Positions 63,040-64,000 of a DNA stretch of 64,000 bases are shown one piece after another. This DNA comes from Octopus sinensis (lineage: Eukaryota): the NCBI RefSeq assembly GCF_006345805.1, contig NC_043013.1, positions 34,286,001 to 34,350,000 of the forward strand, read 5' to 3'. A program made the position numbers and the translations under genes. Position 1 is the stretch's first letter; every line of letters begins with the position of its first letter. The notes beneath the pieces are model-generated. The model did no database searches and was not told where the DNA came from. It was given only the letters and a program-made list of their open reading frames with translations.

Positions 63040-63650
63040 GGCATGACTGTGGTAAAAAGCTTACTTTCCAACTACATCGTTCCAGGTTCAAACCCACTGT
63101 GTGGCACCTTGGGTGAATGTCTTTTACTATAGCTTCAGCCCAACTGCAGCTACATGAGTAGATTTGGTAGCCAGAAACTGAAAGAAGCTCATAGTATATA
63201 TATATATATATATCTTTACTGCCCTGAAGGGGCTAAACATAGAGGGGACAAACAAGGACAGACGAAGGGATTGAGTCGATTATATCACCCCCAGTGCGAA
63301 ACTGGTGCTTTATTTATCGACCCCGAAAGGATGAAAGGCAAAGTTGACCTCGGCGGAATTTGAACTCAGAACGTAACGACAGACGAAATACCGCTAAGCA
63401 TTTCACCCGGCGCGCTAACGTGTCTGCCAGCTCGCCATATATATATATGAGGGTTTGTCTGTGTCTGTGGTCGTCACCCACCACCACCTGACAGCTTCTA
63501 TTGATTAGGTCCCTGTAGCAATCCAGCGAAGGTGGTCAATAGAATAAATATCAGGCTTAAAATAACAAAGAACTGGGTTCAATTCATTTGACTAAAACTT
63601 CTTCAAGATGGTGCCCCAGCATGGCTGCAATCCAGTGACTGAAGCATGTA
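63040..63650 (+). mobile_element. Old SINE family A with a family B SINE (63214-63436, minus) inserted in its internal (TA)n
   Basis: A head and core, TA run, B copy, TA run, A tail GGTGCCCCAGCATGGCTGCA. Confidence 0.85.
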
Positions 63651-63759
63651 AAGGATACATATATTGTCGTTTATATTATGTATATAATACATATTTGATA
63701 CACACACACACATATATATAAACACACACACATACATATACACACACATGTGTGTGTGT

Positions 63760-64000
63760 ACTACCAGTGCCGGTGGAACATAAGAGAACCATCCAAATGT
63801 GGCCATGCCAGCGATGCCCTGACTGACTACCGTGCCGGTGGCACATAAAAAGCACCATCCGATTGTGGCCATTGCCAGCCTCGCCTCTGTGCCGGTGACA
63901 CGTAAAAAGAACCATCTGACCGTGGCCGTTTGCCAGCCTCGTCTGGCACCTGTGCGGGTGGCATGTAAAGAGCACCCACTACACTCATGGAGTGGTTGGC
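63760..64000 (+). mobile_element. SINE family F 5' region with four sub-repeats of about 60 bp (runs off the window)
   Basis: GTGCCGGTGGCAC(A/G)TAAAAAGCACC-like motif at 63767, 63832, 63889, 63952; ends GAGTGGTTGGC. Confidence 0.8.

Noticed and set aside
166-63975. Most listed ORFs (poly-YI, HT, CV, I, L, Y)
   Set aside because: Stop-free read-through of (TA)n, (CA)n and (ATT)n microsatellites; no domain content.
63767-63980. CRISPR-like spacing of a palindromic 25-bp motif
   Set aside because: Spacers are homologous to each other (ATCC.A..GTGGCC), the unit is part of a SINE, the context is eukaryotic and there are no cas genes.

Overview
AT-rich, microsatellite-saturated eukaryotic non-coding DNA. 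The tRNA-derived SINE families and the (TA)n/(TG)n/(GATA)n/(ATT)n load look like an octopus (Octopodidae) genome; this is inferred from repeat content only. I found no supportable host-gene exon: almost all listed ORFs are microsatellite read-throughs. Real protein-coding traces are decayed transposons: an R4/Dong-type restriction-like endonuclease 3' end (9250-9876), two RTE LINE fragments (24160-24376; 40010-40895), a CR1-type RT fragment (44712-45295) and an internally deleted maT (DD37D-type) Tc1/mariner element (33231-34073). About six modular SINE families (my labels A-F), mariner and piggyBac MITEs and Helentron-like elements fill much of the rest. The most striking signal is a set of at least seven sequence-unrelated minimal type I hammerhead-ribozyme motifs (1392-1427, 15992-16039, 17344-17429, 18474-18519, 23043-23086, 51316-51375, 58822-58868), several in short (TA)n-flanked Penelope-like cassettes. 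They range from nearly intact (one with a compensatory U3-A8 core swap) to decayed. Two near-identical tandem duplications bounded by (TA)n (1058 bp and 493 bp period) may be real or assembly artefacts. All structures were folded by eye and none has been tested.
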